Virus genome (UHGV): UHGV-0098755
Source of the DNA: a virus
Direction: 5' to 3' (one strand)
DNA length: 64,000 nt
How positions within the stretch are numbered: position 1 is the first letter of the stretch; each line of letters begins with the position of its first letter. The position numbers and the translations under genes are program-made. The notes under the pieces were generated by a model, which was given only the letters and a program-made list of their open reading frames with translations, did not search any database and was not told the origin of the DNA. Shown piece after piece: positions 25,656 through 35,700 of the stretch.

Positions 25656-26750
25656 ATGGCAATTGTTAAAGAAATAACTACTGATTTAATTAAAAAGTCC
25701 GGTGAGAAAATTTCAGCCGGACAGAGCACTAAATCAGAAGTAGTAACTAAAACATACACTGCCCAGTTTCCAACTGGGCGTGCTAGTGGTAATGACACTA
25801 CAGGGGACTTCCAGGTAACAGATCTATATAAGAATGGATTATTATTTACTGCATACAATATGTCATCTAGGGATTCTGGAAGTCTTAGATCGATGAGATC
25901 TAACTACTCTTCTTCATCTTCGAGTATTTTAAGTACAGCTAGAAACACTATTAGTAGTACAGTATCAAAACTATCAAATGGATTAATATCAAATAATAAT
26001 TCAGGAACAATAAGTAAAGCTCCTGTCGCAAACATTCTTTTACCGAGATCTAAATCTGATGTTGATACATCAACACATAGATTTAATGATGTTCAAGAAA
26101 GCCTTATCAGTAGAGGCGGAGGTACTGCTACTGGTGTGCTAAGTAATATTGCTTCAACCGCAGTATTTGGGGCACTGGAAAGTATAACACAAGGTATAAT
26201 GGCTGATAATAATGAACAGATTTATACGACAGCCAGAAGTATGTACGGTGGCGCTGAAAATAGAACTAAAGTGTTTACATGGGATTTGACTCCACGTTCA
26301 ACAGAAGATTTAATGGCTATTATTAATATCTATCAATATTTTAACTATTTTTCTTATGGTGAAACGGGTAAATCTCAATACGCTGCTGAAATAAAGGGGT
26401 ATTTAGATGATTGGTATCGTTCTACGTTAATTGAACCTTTATCTCCGGAAGACGCAGCTAAAAATAAAACACTATTTGAGAAAATGACAGCAAGTTTAAC
26501 GAACGTTCTTGTAGTTTCAAACCCGACAATTTGGATGGTGAAAAACTTTGGTGCAACATCTAAGTTTGATGGAAAAACGGAAATATTTGGTCCATGCCAA
26601 ATACAGAGCATTAGATTTGATAAAACACCTAATGGTAACTTTAACGGATTAGCTATTGCTCCAAACCTCCCTAGTACATTTACTCTCGAGATTACTATGA
26701 GAGAAATTATCACGTTAAACCGTGCTTCTTTATATGCGGGGACTTTTTAA
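25656..26750 (+). CDS. 48: baseplate tail tube cap gp48 (364 aa)
   Basis: 364 aa; synteny. Confidence 0.85.
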   Translation: MAIVKEITTDLIKKSGEKISAGQSTKSEVVTKTYTAQFPTGRASGNDTTGDFQVTDLYKNGLLFTAYNMSSRDSGSLRSMRSNYSSSSSSILSTARNTISSTVSKLSNGLISNNNSGTISKAPVANILLPRSKSDVDTSTHRFNDVQESLISRGGGTATGVLSNIASTAVFGALESITQGIMADNNEQIYTTARSMYGGAENRTKVFTWDLTPRSTEDLMAIINIYQYFNYFSYGETGKSQYAAEIKGYLDDWYRSTLIEPLSPEDAAKNKTLFEKMTASLTNVLVVSNPTIWMVKNFGATSKFDGKTEIFGPCQIQSIRFDKTPNGNFNGLAIAPNLPSTFTLEITMREIITLNRASLYAGTF

Positions 26751-27715
26751 TGTATTCTTTAGAGGAATTTAATAATCAAGCAATAAACGCAGATTTCCAA
26801 CGTAATAATATGTTTAGCTGCGTTTTTGCAACAACTCCATCAACTAAAAGCTCTTCGTTGATAAGTTCAATTAGCAACTTTTCTTATAATAACTTGGGCC
26901 TAAATTCAAATTGGTTAGGATTAACTCAAGGTGATATTAATCAGGGAATTACCACGCTAATTACAGCTGGCACACAAAAACTGATAAGAAAATCAGGGGT
27001 TAGTAAATATCTTATTGGTGCCATGAGTCAACGTACAGTTCAAAGTTTATTAGGCACATTTACAGTTGGTACATATTTAATTGACTTCTTTAACATGGCA
27101 TATAATTCATCTGGATTGATGATATATTCTGTAAAAATGCCAGAGAATAGATTATCCTATGAAACTGACTGGAACTATAATTCTCCTAATATTCGTATAA
27201 CTGGAAGAGAATTAGACCCTTTGGTTATTTCATTTAGAATGGATTCAGAAGCTTGTAACTATCGTGCAATGCAAGACTGGGTTAACTCTGTTCAAGACCC
27301 AGTAACTGGACTGCGTGCTTTGCCGCAAGATGTCGAGGCAGATATTCAGGTTAATCTTCATTCTCGCAATGGATTGCCTCATACTGCGGTGATGTTCACC
27401 GGATGCATTCCAATATCAGTGAGCGCTCCTGAGCTATCATATGATGGAGATAACCAAATAACTACATTTGATGTTACTTTTGCGTATAGAGTCATGCAGG
27501 CTGGAGCAGTTGATAGACAAGCTGCGCTTGAGTGGCTTGAATCTGCTGCTATAAATGGCATTCAAAGCGTTCTCGGAAATAGTGGAGGTGTTACTGGACT
27601 ATCTAATTCGCTTTCACGACTTAGTAGATTAGGAGGAACTGCTGGAAGCATTTCAAACATTAATACTATGACAGGAATTGTCAATTCGCAAAGTAAAATA
27701 TTAGGAGCAATATAA
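26750..27715 (+). CDS. 54: baseplate tail tube initiator gp54 (321 aa)
   Basis: 321 aa; synteny. Confidence 0.85.
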   Translation: MYSLEEFNNQAINADFQRNNMFSCVFATTPSTKSSSLISSISNFSYNNLGLNSNWLGLTQGDINQGITTLITAGTQKLIRKSGVSKYLIGAMSQRTVQSLLGTFTVGTYLIDFFNMAYNSSGLMIYSVKMPENRLSYETDWNYNSPNIRITGRELDPLVISFRMDSEACNYRAMQDWVNSVQDPVTGLRALPQDVEADIQVNLHSRNGLPHTAVMFTGCIPISVSAPELSYDGDNQITTFDVTFAYRVMQAGAVDRQAALEWLESAAINGIQSVLGNSGGVTGLSNSLSRLSRLGGTAGSISNINTMTGIVNSQSKILGAI

Positions 27716-27717
27716 CA

Positions 27718-27739
27718 ATGGGGACCTTTCGGTCCCCAT
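27718..27739. terminator. bidirectional terminator hairpin between convergent gene 54 and the 96-aa ORF
   Basis: ATGGGGACC-TTTC-GGTCCCCAT followed by T-rich run. Confidence 0.65.
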
Positions 27740-27743
27740 ATTT

Positions 27744-28034
27744 TTATTTGCGGAATGAAATGAAAGCAGAAACTGAAGCAACTAAACTGTCTTCAATATA
27801 AACTTCAATTTTTACCGGAGCTTCTGACTCAAATTTACCTGTTACTACACCCTGAAAAATACTTTCAGTCTGTTCTGGCTTTGAAAAATTTTCAGAAGGA
27901 AAAATTCCAAACTTTTTATCTGTTCCGAAAATTTTGATAAATTCATCATAAACTGCTTCATTAAAAGCGTTATCAGCAGGAATAACGCCTTCAACTACAA
28001 GTTCTTGACCTAAAAAGCGTAAAGAAGATTTCAT
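27744..28034 (-). CDS. hypothetical early protein (96 aa)
   Basis: ATG at 28034 with GAGGA 8 nt upstream; preceded by an early-promoter-like element shared with alc. Confidence 0.5.
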   Translation of the reverse strand: MKSSLRFLGQELVVEGVIPADNAFNEAVYDEFIKIFGTDKKFGIFPSENFSKPEQTESIFQGVVTGKFESEAPVKIEVYIEDSLVASVSAFISFRK

Positions 28035-28041
28035 TTTGTGT

Positions 28042-28095
28042 TCCTCATGTTATGTCAGTAAGTCTACTATAACACAACACGAGGGACTTGTAAAC
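28042..28095 (-). promoter_or_regulatory. early-type promoter plus conserved leader (repeat copy 1), drives the 96-aa ORF
   Basis: - strand GTTTAC-N17/18-TATAGT then leader with GAGGA; 54-bp block 53/54 identical to 43083-43136. Confidence 0.5.
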
Positions 28096-30152
28096 TACAT
28101 TTTGAACTTTTTAGACATTCCGTTAATGTTAACCAAAGAAGCTAAGATTTGAGAAACTTCGTTTTCCTCTTCTTTTGATTCTTCTACAAGGAATTGATTA
28201 AATCCAGCCATTGGACGAACTTCACCAGTTTCCATTAAATGGTCTCCATCATATACTGATTCTTCTAATTGTTCAGAAGGAGGAACGATTGTACCTTCGA
28301 TTAGATACTTGTTATAAGCAGTTTCTTTCATAAAGTACGTACTTACTTTATTAATCTTCAGTAAAATTCCACGCGGTAAAATAACTTCAGCTTCTGATGG
28401 AAATCCTGTTAAATGACCTGGAACGATAACTTTGATTCGCTCAGCTCCTTTAATTACCATACCCACGCTAGTTTCAGCATTTTCATTAGCGTATGTAGAA
28501 TGACTACCCATATGCATCAAATCTTCTGCATCAACAGAACCTTCTCCTTCACCAGAAAATACTGCGCCGGAATCATCTAGAGCCATATAGTTTTTACCAT
28601 GCTCGCCGAAGATATTTGGTTTAAGCGATGTAGATACGAAGTTCTTGAAATAGAACATTTTGTTTTCAATGTTATGACGCAAAGTTTTAAAGGTAACTTC
28701 TTGTCCACGGTAAAGTGTAGTTCCTGGAGGAAGAACTGAACCTTTAGCGAATGCAGAATCCAACGTCTCGATGTGCTTAATAGCTCGTTCCATATATTCT
28801 TCACGGGTAGAATCAGGTTTACCCAAAAGGAATGAGTTCATTTCAACATATGAATCTGCACAATAATCTTCAATTACATCAGATTCAGCTTGAGTTAATC
28901 CTTTTGGAGTTACTTCAATACTTGCATATTCATATGCCTGGGTAGCAGATTCATTAATCAATTTATAAATGCCATTCATTACAAATTGAATAATAGCTGT
29001 CTTTTCATCTGGCGTAGCTTTAGAACCTTTAACCAAATCATTGATAATTTTCTTAATAACATCAAAGCTGTTAGAAATATTAATATCAGCAAGATCGCTT
29101 AAAATTTTATCAGTTTTATAATCAAAGAATTCTTTATTCTTTAAATATTCTTGAGAACCTTGATATGTTATATCGTTCTGCAACTTGATGGATGGATCAC
29201 GTAAACGTGCATGGGCTAATGCAATATGATTTCGGAAACTTTCTAGTTCATAATCGTTAGATTTAAAACGAGAAGCACTCCTCATACCACCGATAGCTCC
29301 TTTGCTGAAGTTTGAACCAATCTGAATAACGCCAGAGTTCATTGGTCCTTCTGCTTTATATACCGGAACTTTAGATTCAAACTCTTGATATTTCTTAGCA
29401 GCGAAGCTATCACCCTGAAGTGAAGCATCAACAGTAGAATATTGAGCTTGTGCTGCTAATCGACGACTAATTTTAGTTTTCTGAATAACAGCTTGGTCCG
29501 TGCGCTTATCATTTTCTAAAGCAATAGAAGCAGCAACAGCGACAGCTTTAGGAACAGCATTACCTGTTTTAACGTCTACATAAACATCACCAACCTTTGA
29601 TTCAACTTTTGTGAATAACTCAGTTGAAATAGGAGGTACACCTGGAATGTCTTCTAAATTGGCATTTTTACGGTAAACCATAATATATGCATACTTTTTA
29701 TCATAGTCCCAGATTTCCTTTAAAAGAACATATCGACCTGCTCCTTTAGTACGTACTAAACGGTCAGCAATAACTTGCATTTGACGAGCAGCGCCATTTG
29801 TTTTACTCTTTAGTACACGGAATAAGCACGCGTCAATTTTATACTGTTTCATTGTTTGAAGAGCAGTATCAAAAACAGCATTAATGACGCCAATTGGATT
29901 TCCACCCAAGTTTCTAAGCTTAACCAGTGATAATTTCTCATTAACACCTATCATTACGATATGCATCATTTTATCGCCCGGCTTAACGTTTTTATTCGTA
30001 TCACCGCCAGAGGTGTATGTACAAAATCTAAATCCAGGAAGCACGCTTTCTTCGCCGGCTTGAATAGCAAAAATTTGTGGTATTTTATGCTTAGGATTTA
30101 AGTTAACAACCGGCGCCGAAGCGCCGTCAAATAATTCTGTAATAAGTTCCAT
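28095..30152 (-). CDS. alt: Alt-type mono-ADP-ribosyltransferase (685 aa), downstream copy
   Basis: N-terminal MELITELFD... packaging/cleavage-type signal; C-terminal R-S-E ART motifs (LYRGQ, FVSTSL, EAEVILPRG). Confidence 0.75.
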   Translation of the reverse strand: MELITELFDGASAPVVNLNPKHKIPQIFAIQAGEESVLPGFRFCTYTSGGDTNKNVKPGDKMMHIVMIGVNEKLSLVKLRNLGGNPIGVINAVFDTALQTMKQYKIDACLFRVLKSKTNGAARQMQVIADRLVRTKGAGRYVLLKEIWDYDKKYAYIMVYRKNANLEDIPGVPPISTELFTKVESKVGDVYVDVKTGNAVPKAVAVAASIALENDKRTDQAVIQKTKISRRLAAQAQYSTVDASLQGDSFAAKKYQEFESKVPVYKAEGPMNSGVIQIGSNFSKGAIGGMRSASRFKSNDYELESFRNHIALAHARLRDPSIKLQNDITYQGSQEYLKNKEFFDYKTDKILSDLADINISNSFDVIKKIINDLVKGSKATPDEKTAIIQFVMNGIYKLINESATQAYEYASIEVTPKGLTQAESDVIEDYCADSYVEMNSFLLGKPDSTREEYMERAIKHIETLDSAFAKGSVLPPGTTLYRGQEVTFKTLRHNIENKMFYFKNFVSTSLKPNIFGEHGKNYMALDDSGAVFSGEGEGSVDAEDLMHMGSHSTYANENAETSVGMVIKGAERIKVIVPGHLTGFPSEAEVILPRGILLKINKVSTYFMKETAYNKYLIEGTIVPPSEQLEESVYDGDHLMETGEVRPMAGFNQFLVEESKEEENEVSQILASLVNINGMSKKFKM

Positions 30153-30155
30153 GAT

Positions 30156-32246
30156 TTATCCTTGAACGAACTTGTAAGGCATGTTTGCAATATCTATGCA
30201 AGACGCAATAATTCCAAGAGATGATTCTACTTTCTGTTTAACATTTGATGAAACAAATGATGCAAAGTCAACTCTATCTTCTATATCACCTGTCATTGTA
30301 ACCAATTCACCAGTTTCCATCAGATGGTCACCGTCATAAATTACCGATTCGGTGAGTTCTTCCGTAGTCATAACTTCAGCTTGAATGAGTTTTGTATTAT
30401 TAGATGTTGTTCCGTCATTATTAGAAGCATCAGTTATTTTATTAACTTTGACCATCAATCCGCGTGGTAGAATTACTTCAGCTTCTGTTGCTATTCCAAG
30501 ACTTCCTGGATATACAACATTAACTTTATGAGCTCCATCAATTGCCCATCCTATTTGAACTTTAACGTATTCAGGATTTTCTTTATACGCTCTTATTTCG
30601 TTTGGATTAATAGTTATTCCTTCTTCATTTTTATCAACTGTTAATTCATTACGAGCTTCTGGTTCTAAAAGACCGATACCAGCATGTGTAATTCCAAAAC
30701 GTCCAAAAATGATAGGAGTTAAAGAAGTAGATACAAAATTTCTGAAATAGAACACTTTATTTTTAACTAGTGCTTCGTATATAGGAGCAGTCATGCTTTG
30801 AGCACGATAAACTGTAATGCCTTCTGGTATACGGTCACCATTTTCAAAAGCTGAATCTAAATTATTTATAGCAGATTCAATTTCTTTTTCACTCATTACA
30901 TCATATCGTTCTGGATTGTAGCGGCCTAAAAGAAGATTATTGATGTCAGTATATCCTGATCCACAATACTCTCTAATGCCACGCTTTTGTGATGGAGTAT
31001 ATTTAGAACCATCACGGGCAATAGTAATATCAATCATTGGACCTGCACCAATTCCAGAAAAACTATAAATCATTCGTTTGAGGAATTTAGTTTTTGCTGC
31101 GTTCCAGGAATTTTTAGTTATTTCTTCCCAGACTTCATCTGGCTGCCCTTTACGAGTTTTATTATGTTTATCAAGCCAATTATCTTTATATTCTTCAAAG
31201 AATTTATTAACAGCTGCTGCGTATTTCTCTAAACATTTTATTGAAGTAGTTGGTTCATTTTTAATCGCATTAAGAATTACATCTTTAATTTTTTCAGAAA
31301 CTTCATTAACCTCACTTTTTGAAAAGAATTTATAATCATAGTGAAGTTCATCTGCAGTTCCTTCGGCAATGATTTTTGCTGCCTTAGTTTTAGAAGCTAT
31401 TGAATTAATTCCAAGTTTCATTTCTTCCGCTTCGGGAATTAAAGGAGCGGTAGCAGGTTTATTGAAATTAGCTGCGGTAGATTCATACTTCTGGAATAAT
31501 TCACTTTCAAATCTAGAAGATTCTAATGATTGACTTTGTGCAATTGCTCTACGGGAAATTTTAACTTTAACGATTACAGCTTGGTCAGAACGTTTATCAT
31601 TTTCTTGCGCAATAGATGCAGCAATTGCCTCATTTTTAGTTACTTGAGCTCCAGTATCTTTATTGATATAAACATCACCAACCTTCGATTCAACTTTAGT
31701 AAAGAGCTCGGTACTAATTTCCGGAACTCCTGGAATGTCTTCTAGTGATACGTTTTTGCGATGTATAAGAATATATGCATACTTTTTATCATAATCCCAG
31801 AGTTCCTTAAGAAGGACGTATCTGCCGCCTGAACGACTACGGATAAGTCTATCAGCAATAACTTGAATTTGTCGAGCTTGACCAGCAGTTTTAGACTTAA
31901 GAATACGAAGCATGCAGGCATCAATTTTATACTGACGCATTGTTTGCATTGCAACAGTAAAAACTGAATTGATGTAATTAATTGGGCTTGGACCGAGACC
32001 TTTTAATTTAGCAATTGAACCTTTAGCAGTTAATGTAAAAGGAACAATATGCATCATTTTATCGCCCATCTTTAAATCACGGTTAGTATCACCTCCAGAT
32101 GTATAGGTACATAAACGAAAACCTGGTTGTTCAATTGCGTCATCAACATGAACTGAAAAAATTTGCGGTATTTTCTTCTTTGGATTTAAGTTTGTAATCG
32201 GAAGAGTAGTATCTTCGTCAAATAATTCTGTAATAAGTTCCATCAT
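30156..32246 (-). CDS. Alt-type mono-ADP-ribosyltransferase paralog (696 aa from first ATG, 695 from second), upstream copy
   Basis: Similar first ~230 aa to the 685-aa copy, divergent middle, conserved R-S-E motifs (VYRAQ, FVSTSL, EAEVILPRG); late promoter on - strand at 32267-32274. Confidence 0.75.
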   Translation of the reverse strand: MMELITELFDEDTTLPITNLNPKKKIPQIFSVHVDDAIEQPGFRLCTYTSGGDTNRDLKMGDKMMHIVPFTLTAKGSIAKLKGLGPSPINYINSVFTVAMQTMRQYKIDACMLRILKSKTAGQARQIQVIADRLIRSRSGGRYVLLKELWDYDKKYAYILIHRKNVSLEDIPGVPEISTELFTKVESKVGDVYINKDTGAQVTKNEAIAASIAQENDKRSDQAVIVKVKISRRAIAQSQSLESSRFESELFQKYESTAANFNKPATAPLIPEAEEMKLGINSIASKTKAAKIIAEGTADELHYDYKFFSKSEVNEVSEKIKDVILNAIKNEPTTSIKCLEKYAAAVNKFFEEYKDNWLDKHNKTRKGQPDEVWEEITKNSWNAAKTKFLKRMIYSFSGIGAGPMIDITIARDGSKYTPSQKRGIREYCGSGYTDINNLLLGRYNPERYDVMSEKEIESAINNLDSAFENGDRIPEGITVYRAQSMTAPIYEALVKNKVFYFRNFVSTSLTPIIFGRFGITHAGIGLLEPEARNELTVDKNEEGITINPNEIRAYKENPEYVKVQIGWAIDGAHKVNVVYPGSLGIATEAEVILPRGLMVKVNKITDASNNDGTTSNNTKLIQAEVMTTEELTESVIYDGDHLMETGELVTMTGDIEDRVDFASFVSSNVKQKVESSLGIIASCIDIANMPYKFVQG

Positions 32247-32266
32247 AGCCTCTCTAGTGTTTATTC

Positions 32267-32274
32267 TATTTATA
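32267..32274 (-). promoter_or_regulatory. late promoter box TATAAATA (- strand) upstream of the tandem alt genes
   Basis: Reverse complement of + TATTTATA, ~21 nt before the alt-paralog ATG. Confidence 0.55.
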
Positions 32275-32279
32275 AAATT

Positions 32280-32297
32280 AAAGGCCCGAAGGCCTTT
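32280..32297 (-). terminator. hairpin (UUCG loop on - strand) between the 62-aa ORF and the alt late promoter
   Basis: AAAGGCC-CGAA-GGCCTTT overlapping the 62-aa ORF stop. Confidence 0.45.
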
Positions 32298-32484
32298 AAT
32301 AATCTATAGGTAAGAGAGTACGATATATTTCAAACTTTGGACCTTTTTCATAAGCATCAAATGTTTCTGTAAATTTATTATAAGCGTATGCATCTACAAA
32401 TTCGAGAATGACTTGTGATACAGAAGTAGAAACATCTCCACCTTCTTTTTGAGCCACGACAATTGTTTCTAAGTAAGCTTTCAT
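32296..32484 (-). CDS. hypothetical protein (62 aa), translationally coupled to gene 30
   Basis: ATG overlaps gene 30 TGA stop (ATGA). Confidence 0.45.
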   Translation of the reverse strand: MKAYLETIVVAQKEGGDVSTSVSQVILEFVDAYAYNKFTETFDAYEKGPKFEIYRTLLPIDY

Positions 32485-33941
32485 AGACCAGTTACCTCAT
32501 GAAAATCGCCAAATACATCTTCGAACGTATTAGCTTTAGTTTTATCTTCACGTAAACGAATCGCAATCGGAAGAAATAATTTAACGTAATCAGTGCGGCC
32601 ATCAGATTTTAACCAACCATTGCATTCGCACTCTAGAATTTTTCCAATATAATAATTTTGGTTTTCCATAATGCGAGTACGGTCAAGTTCATGCGATTTT
32701 ACACCGGCTTTATCTTTTAAGCCTGAACCAGCATTTACTTTAATTTTTCCACACTCTGATTCAAGAATAAATCCACCTGCTTTAGTAGGGTCTTTACGGT
32801 GAGGATAAATTCCTACAATTTTTAAATCAACATCAATTACTTCTTTAAATTTATAGAGATTTTTTGAACGAGCATTTTCCCATAATCCATCGATATTTTT
32901 GAGAATAATACCTTCAAGACCTTGGTCAATATACTTTTTATAAATTACCTTAGCTTCATCTAGGTTATTTACTACCTGGTTTTCAATTAAAATTACTTTA
33001 TCATATCCTGATGTCATTTGTTCTAGTTTAGAAAAACGCACATCATATTTTAAACGAAACGCCGGAAGACCATATATTTCTACCAATGGGACATAATCCC
33101 AGACCTGAAACTTCATGCATTGAGCTTCTTTTTCTGAAATAGTTCCCTTTAAAGATTTATTAGCGATTCCATTAGAAGTAGTACGTGATTCAGCTACTTC
33201 GGCGAATTCTTTGGCTTTACTGATTTCAGGAGCACCAAAAAGAAAATCTAAGCCTTCTGGTTCCTTTTTAACTTGCTCATGGTATACCAATTCGCCATCA
33301 ATTAACACACCTTCTGGATGAATCTGGCGAGCTTCAGCAGTCATTTTGATTAATTCTTCCTTAAGAAGATCTAATCCTAGATATTCATTACCAGCTCGTG
33401 ATAAAAGACGAACATCATCTAATTCATCACCTCTAACTTCAGCAAAACACCGAGCTCCATCTGCTTTTAACTGCGCAAAGGCTGGAAACTTGATATTCTT
33501 ATTAATGCCTTTTTCATCATAAGAACTTGCCAGCATTTGAGGTTGTTCAGGAATTAAACCTGGCCAAACTTTATTTGCAATAGATACTGAAGCACCGCAT
33601 TCAAGGTCTCGCATCATAACTCGACGCAAAACTTCAACATCATCCTTTTTACCATCGGTGATATATCCAATTAATTCCTCAATTGCCGCATTTCCAGTCA
33701 ATTTCCGAGTAGCTAACGTGAATTCAATGAAGTCAAGCATATCGGTAAGAGTCAACATTCCAAAACTCTGGGTAGCAATACCAGGTTTAGGCCATTTCTT
33801 GATATAATACTGTAACCCACGAGAATAAGTCAGACGATATACCCGTTTAAGCAATTCATTATCTTTATTCTTTTCAAGAATTGCTTGCTTCTGCTTAGTT
33901 GATCCAATAGATGCTATTTCATTCAGAATTTTAAGAATCAT
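32481..33941 (-). CDS. 30: ATP-dependent DNA ligase gp30 (486 aa)
   Basis: KADGAR adenylation motif; sequence consistent with T4 DNA ligase. Confidence 0.9.
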   Translation of the reverse strand: MILKILNEIASIGSTKQKQAILEKNKDNELLKRVYRLTYSRGLQYYIKKWPKPGIATQSFGMLTLTDMLDFIEFTLATRKLTGNAAIEELIGYITDGKKDDVEVLRRVMMRDLECGASVSIANKVWPGLIPEQPQMLASSYDEKGINKNIKFPAFAQLKADGARCFAEVRGDELDDVRLLSRAGNEYLGLDLLKEELIKMTAEARQIHPEGVLIDGELVYHEQVKKEPEGLDFLFGAPEISKAKEFAEVAESRTTSNGIANKSLKGTISEKEAQCMKFQVWDYVPLVEIYGLPAFRLKYDVRFSKLEQMTSGYDKVILIENQVVNNLDEAKVIYKKYIDQGLEGIILKNIDGLWENARSKNLYKFKEVIDVDLKIVGIYPHRKDPTKAGGFILESECGKIKVNAGSGLKDKAGVKSHELDRTRIMENQNYYIGKILECECNGWLKSDGRTDYVKLFLPIAIRLREDKTKANTFEDVFGDFHEVTGL

Positions 33942-34207
33942 TGCTCATCCTTCAAGGTTTGGTTTACAGCTCTATTATAAATCAATTCATCATTAAGCTC
34001 AGGCAAAGACTTATGATATGTGGTTCTAACTTTATTTCCTTGCATCCAGTGCTTGATATAAATGAAACCTTGCTCTACACATTTTTTAAAAATTCGTTCG
34101 TCTTTTTGAGCTCGGAATTCTGGATTGCATCTAAAAAATTGATTTACGTGACCGTAATCACGTGTAGTATTACCTTCATTTTCATAAATAGTGTGAACAA
34201 CAAACAT
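33938..34207 (-). CDS. hypothetical protein (89 aa), position of T4 30.1
   Basis: ATG start; overlaps gene 30 start region. Confidence 0.5.
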   Translation of the reverse strand: MFVVHTIYENEGNTTRDYGHVNQFFRCNPEFRAQKDERIFKKCVEQGFIYIKHWMQGNKVRTTYHKSLPELNDELIYNRAVNQTLKDEQ

Positions 34208-35046
34208 TAGAATGCTCCTTGGAAAATATTATCACCACAAGTAGGTCTATTATACAAATACTCTATACCGCCGGGTTTAATATAGTTCCATGTCTGAAAC
34301 GGATGCGTCTGATATGGATGATATAGATGATTATAAGGATTAAATCCAGGAGTTCTCCAGGTAGTGTTCCAAGGAAAAGAATCGTTTTTAATCATCTTTT
34401 CAATTACATCTTTTATAGCTTTTTCACTATCAAAACTTTCTTTATTTTCCTTTGGTGAAAAAAGCTTATTCTCTACATCGTTCCATGTATAAACTCGCTG
34501 AGCAGTTTTTGGAATACTGTCACGTTCCCCTCGAGCCATCCAATAAACAGGAACACTTAATATTTCACTCGCGTGATCGCAGTGGTGAGCGAGATCGTCA
34601 ATATAACAAATTACGTTATATTTCTCTTTTGCCTTTTTGAACAACTCTTCTTTTGAAGAATCATGGCCACACATCAGTACTTCTGAGAAGGCACCAGGAA
34701 AAAGAGCATTCAAATTAAATTGACGATTCAGCAGAGCGTCAATAGAATCACCCAGTGCTGTAACAGCTACAAAATTATAATCTTCTTTTAATTTGTTAAT
34801 TACACACAGAGCATCTTTATATGGAGACAAGTAACGAATAAAATCCGAACGATTGTATTTTTCAATTAACTTGACGCCAAGTTCTTCATCACAATTAAAA
34901 AGTTTACCAGGAGAAATAAATTTTTCATCTTGGATCATTTTTAAAATATGTTCCAACGGAAGATTATATTTCTGAGCAAAATAAGGAAGGCCTGATTGCC
35001 AGCTTAAGCATACTCCATCAATATCAGTTAAAATAGTAGGCTTCAT
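34207..35046 (-). CDS. HAD-like phosphatase-family protein (279 aa), position of T4 30.2
   Basis: N-terminal ILTDIDGV (DxDG motif I of HAD hydrolases). Confidence 0.55.
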   Translation of the reverse strand: MKPTILTDIDGVCLSWQSGLPYFAQKYNLPLEHILKMIQDEKFISPGKLFNCDEELGVKLIEKYNRSDFIRYLSPYKDALCVINKLKEDYNFVAVTALGDSIDALLNRQFNLNALFPGAFSEVLMCGHDSSKEELFKKAKEKYNVICYIDDLAHHCDHASEILSVPVYWMARGERDSIPKTAQRVYTWNDVENKLFSPKENKESFDSEKAIKDVIEKMIKNDSFPWNTTWRTPGFNPYNHLYHPYQTHPFQTWNYIKPGGIEYLYNRPTCGDNIFQGAF

Positions 35047-35501
35047 AGAGAGTCTCTTAATAGGTTTAACACATCAATAAATTCAGCTTCGGTTAGTATT
35101 GTATCATCTTTTGTTAGACCACTAGCCATGCTGTGCTTCAAAACTTTTCCTTTCGAGGCTTGTAATGCATCACGAAAACCCTTGTTTTGAATCGCTGCTT
35201 CAAAATATGCATTTGTGTATAATTCTTTCCACGCCGGAGAGTATCTTGAAAACGGAACTCCAAGCCAGAAGAGGGTCCCACGGTCCTGAGCTCTAGCATA
35301 AGACCTTCCAGCTTGTTGAGCGGCAAGCCCGGATAACCCAAATATACGACGTTGTTGTTCAACATTTTTCACCTTGCATCCTTGGAGGAATCCTTCAAGA
35401 CCTCCAAATTGAATACCATCCATAACGAAAGGCCATTGGGCGAAATTGCTTAATGCACATGATGGCCATCTAAAATTGCTTCTTATCTCTAGCTCAGACA
35501 T
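35043..35501 (-). CDS. NADAR / YbiA-like (DUF1768-type) protein (152 aa from ATG; ORF-track TTG start at 35507)
   Basis: LSNFAQWPFVMDGIQFGGLEGFLQGCKV and GLSGLAAQQAGR resemble E. coli YbiA FSNFAAWPIKVDGKTWPTSEHYFQAQKF / SSPMVAARMGR as recalled. Confidence 0.55.
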   Translation of the reverse strand: MSELEIRSNFRWPSCALSNFAQWPFVMDGIQFGGLEGFLQGCKVKNVEQQRRIFGLSGLAAQQAGRSYARAQDRGTLFWLGVPFSRYSPAWKELYTNAYFEAAIQNKGFRDALQASKGKVLKHSMASGLTKDDTILTEAEFIDVLNLLRDSL

Positions 35502-35700
35502 TTTCAATACTTATAATTTCAACATCAGCCCAATGACCATAGCAAGGAAGACGAAATTCAACTGGCCAGTTAGGGTCCTTTTCTAATATAATAGACTTAA
35601 CTTGCGGTTCTTCGTGTTCATCAGTATACGGACCTTTATACGTTACTTTATATGTGACCTTAATGTACTGAATTCCAAAAATCTTATTAATTATATTCAT
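35494..35700 (-). CDS. hypothetical protein (68 aa), position of T4 30.4
   Basis: ATG start; tight packing. Confidence 0.45.
   Translation of the reverse strand: MNIINKIFGIQYIKVTYKVTYKGPYTDEHEEPQVKSIILEKDPNWPVEFRLPCYGHWADVEIISIENV

Noticed and set aside
33941-34210. + strand 89-aa ORF mirroring the small ORF next to gene 30
   Set aside because: Exactly antisense to a - strand ORF in a uniformly - strand early operon; very hydrophobic, AT-codon artefact.
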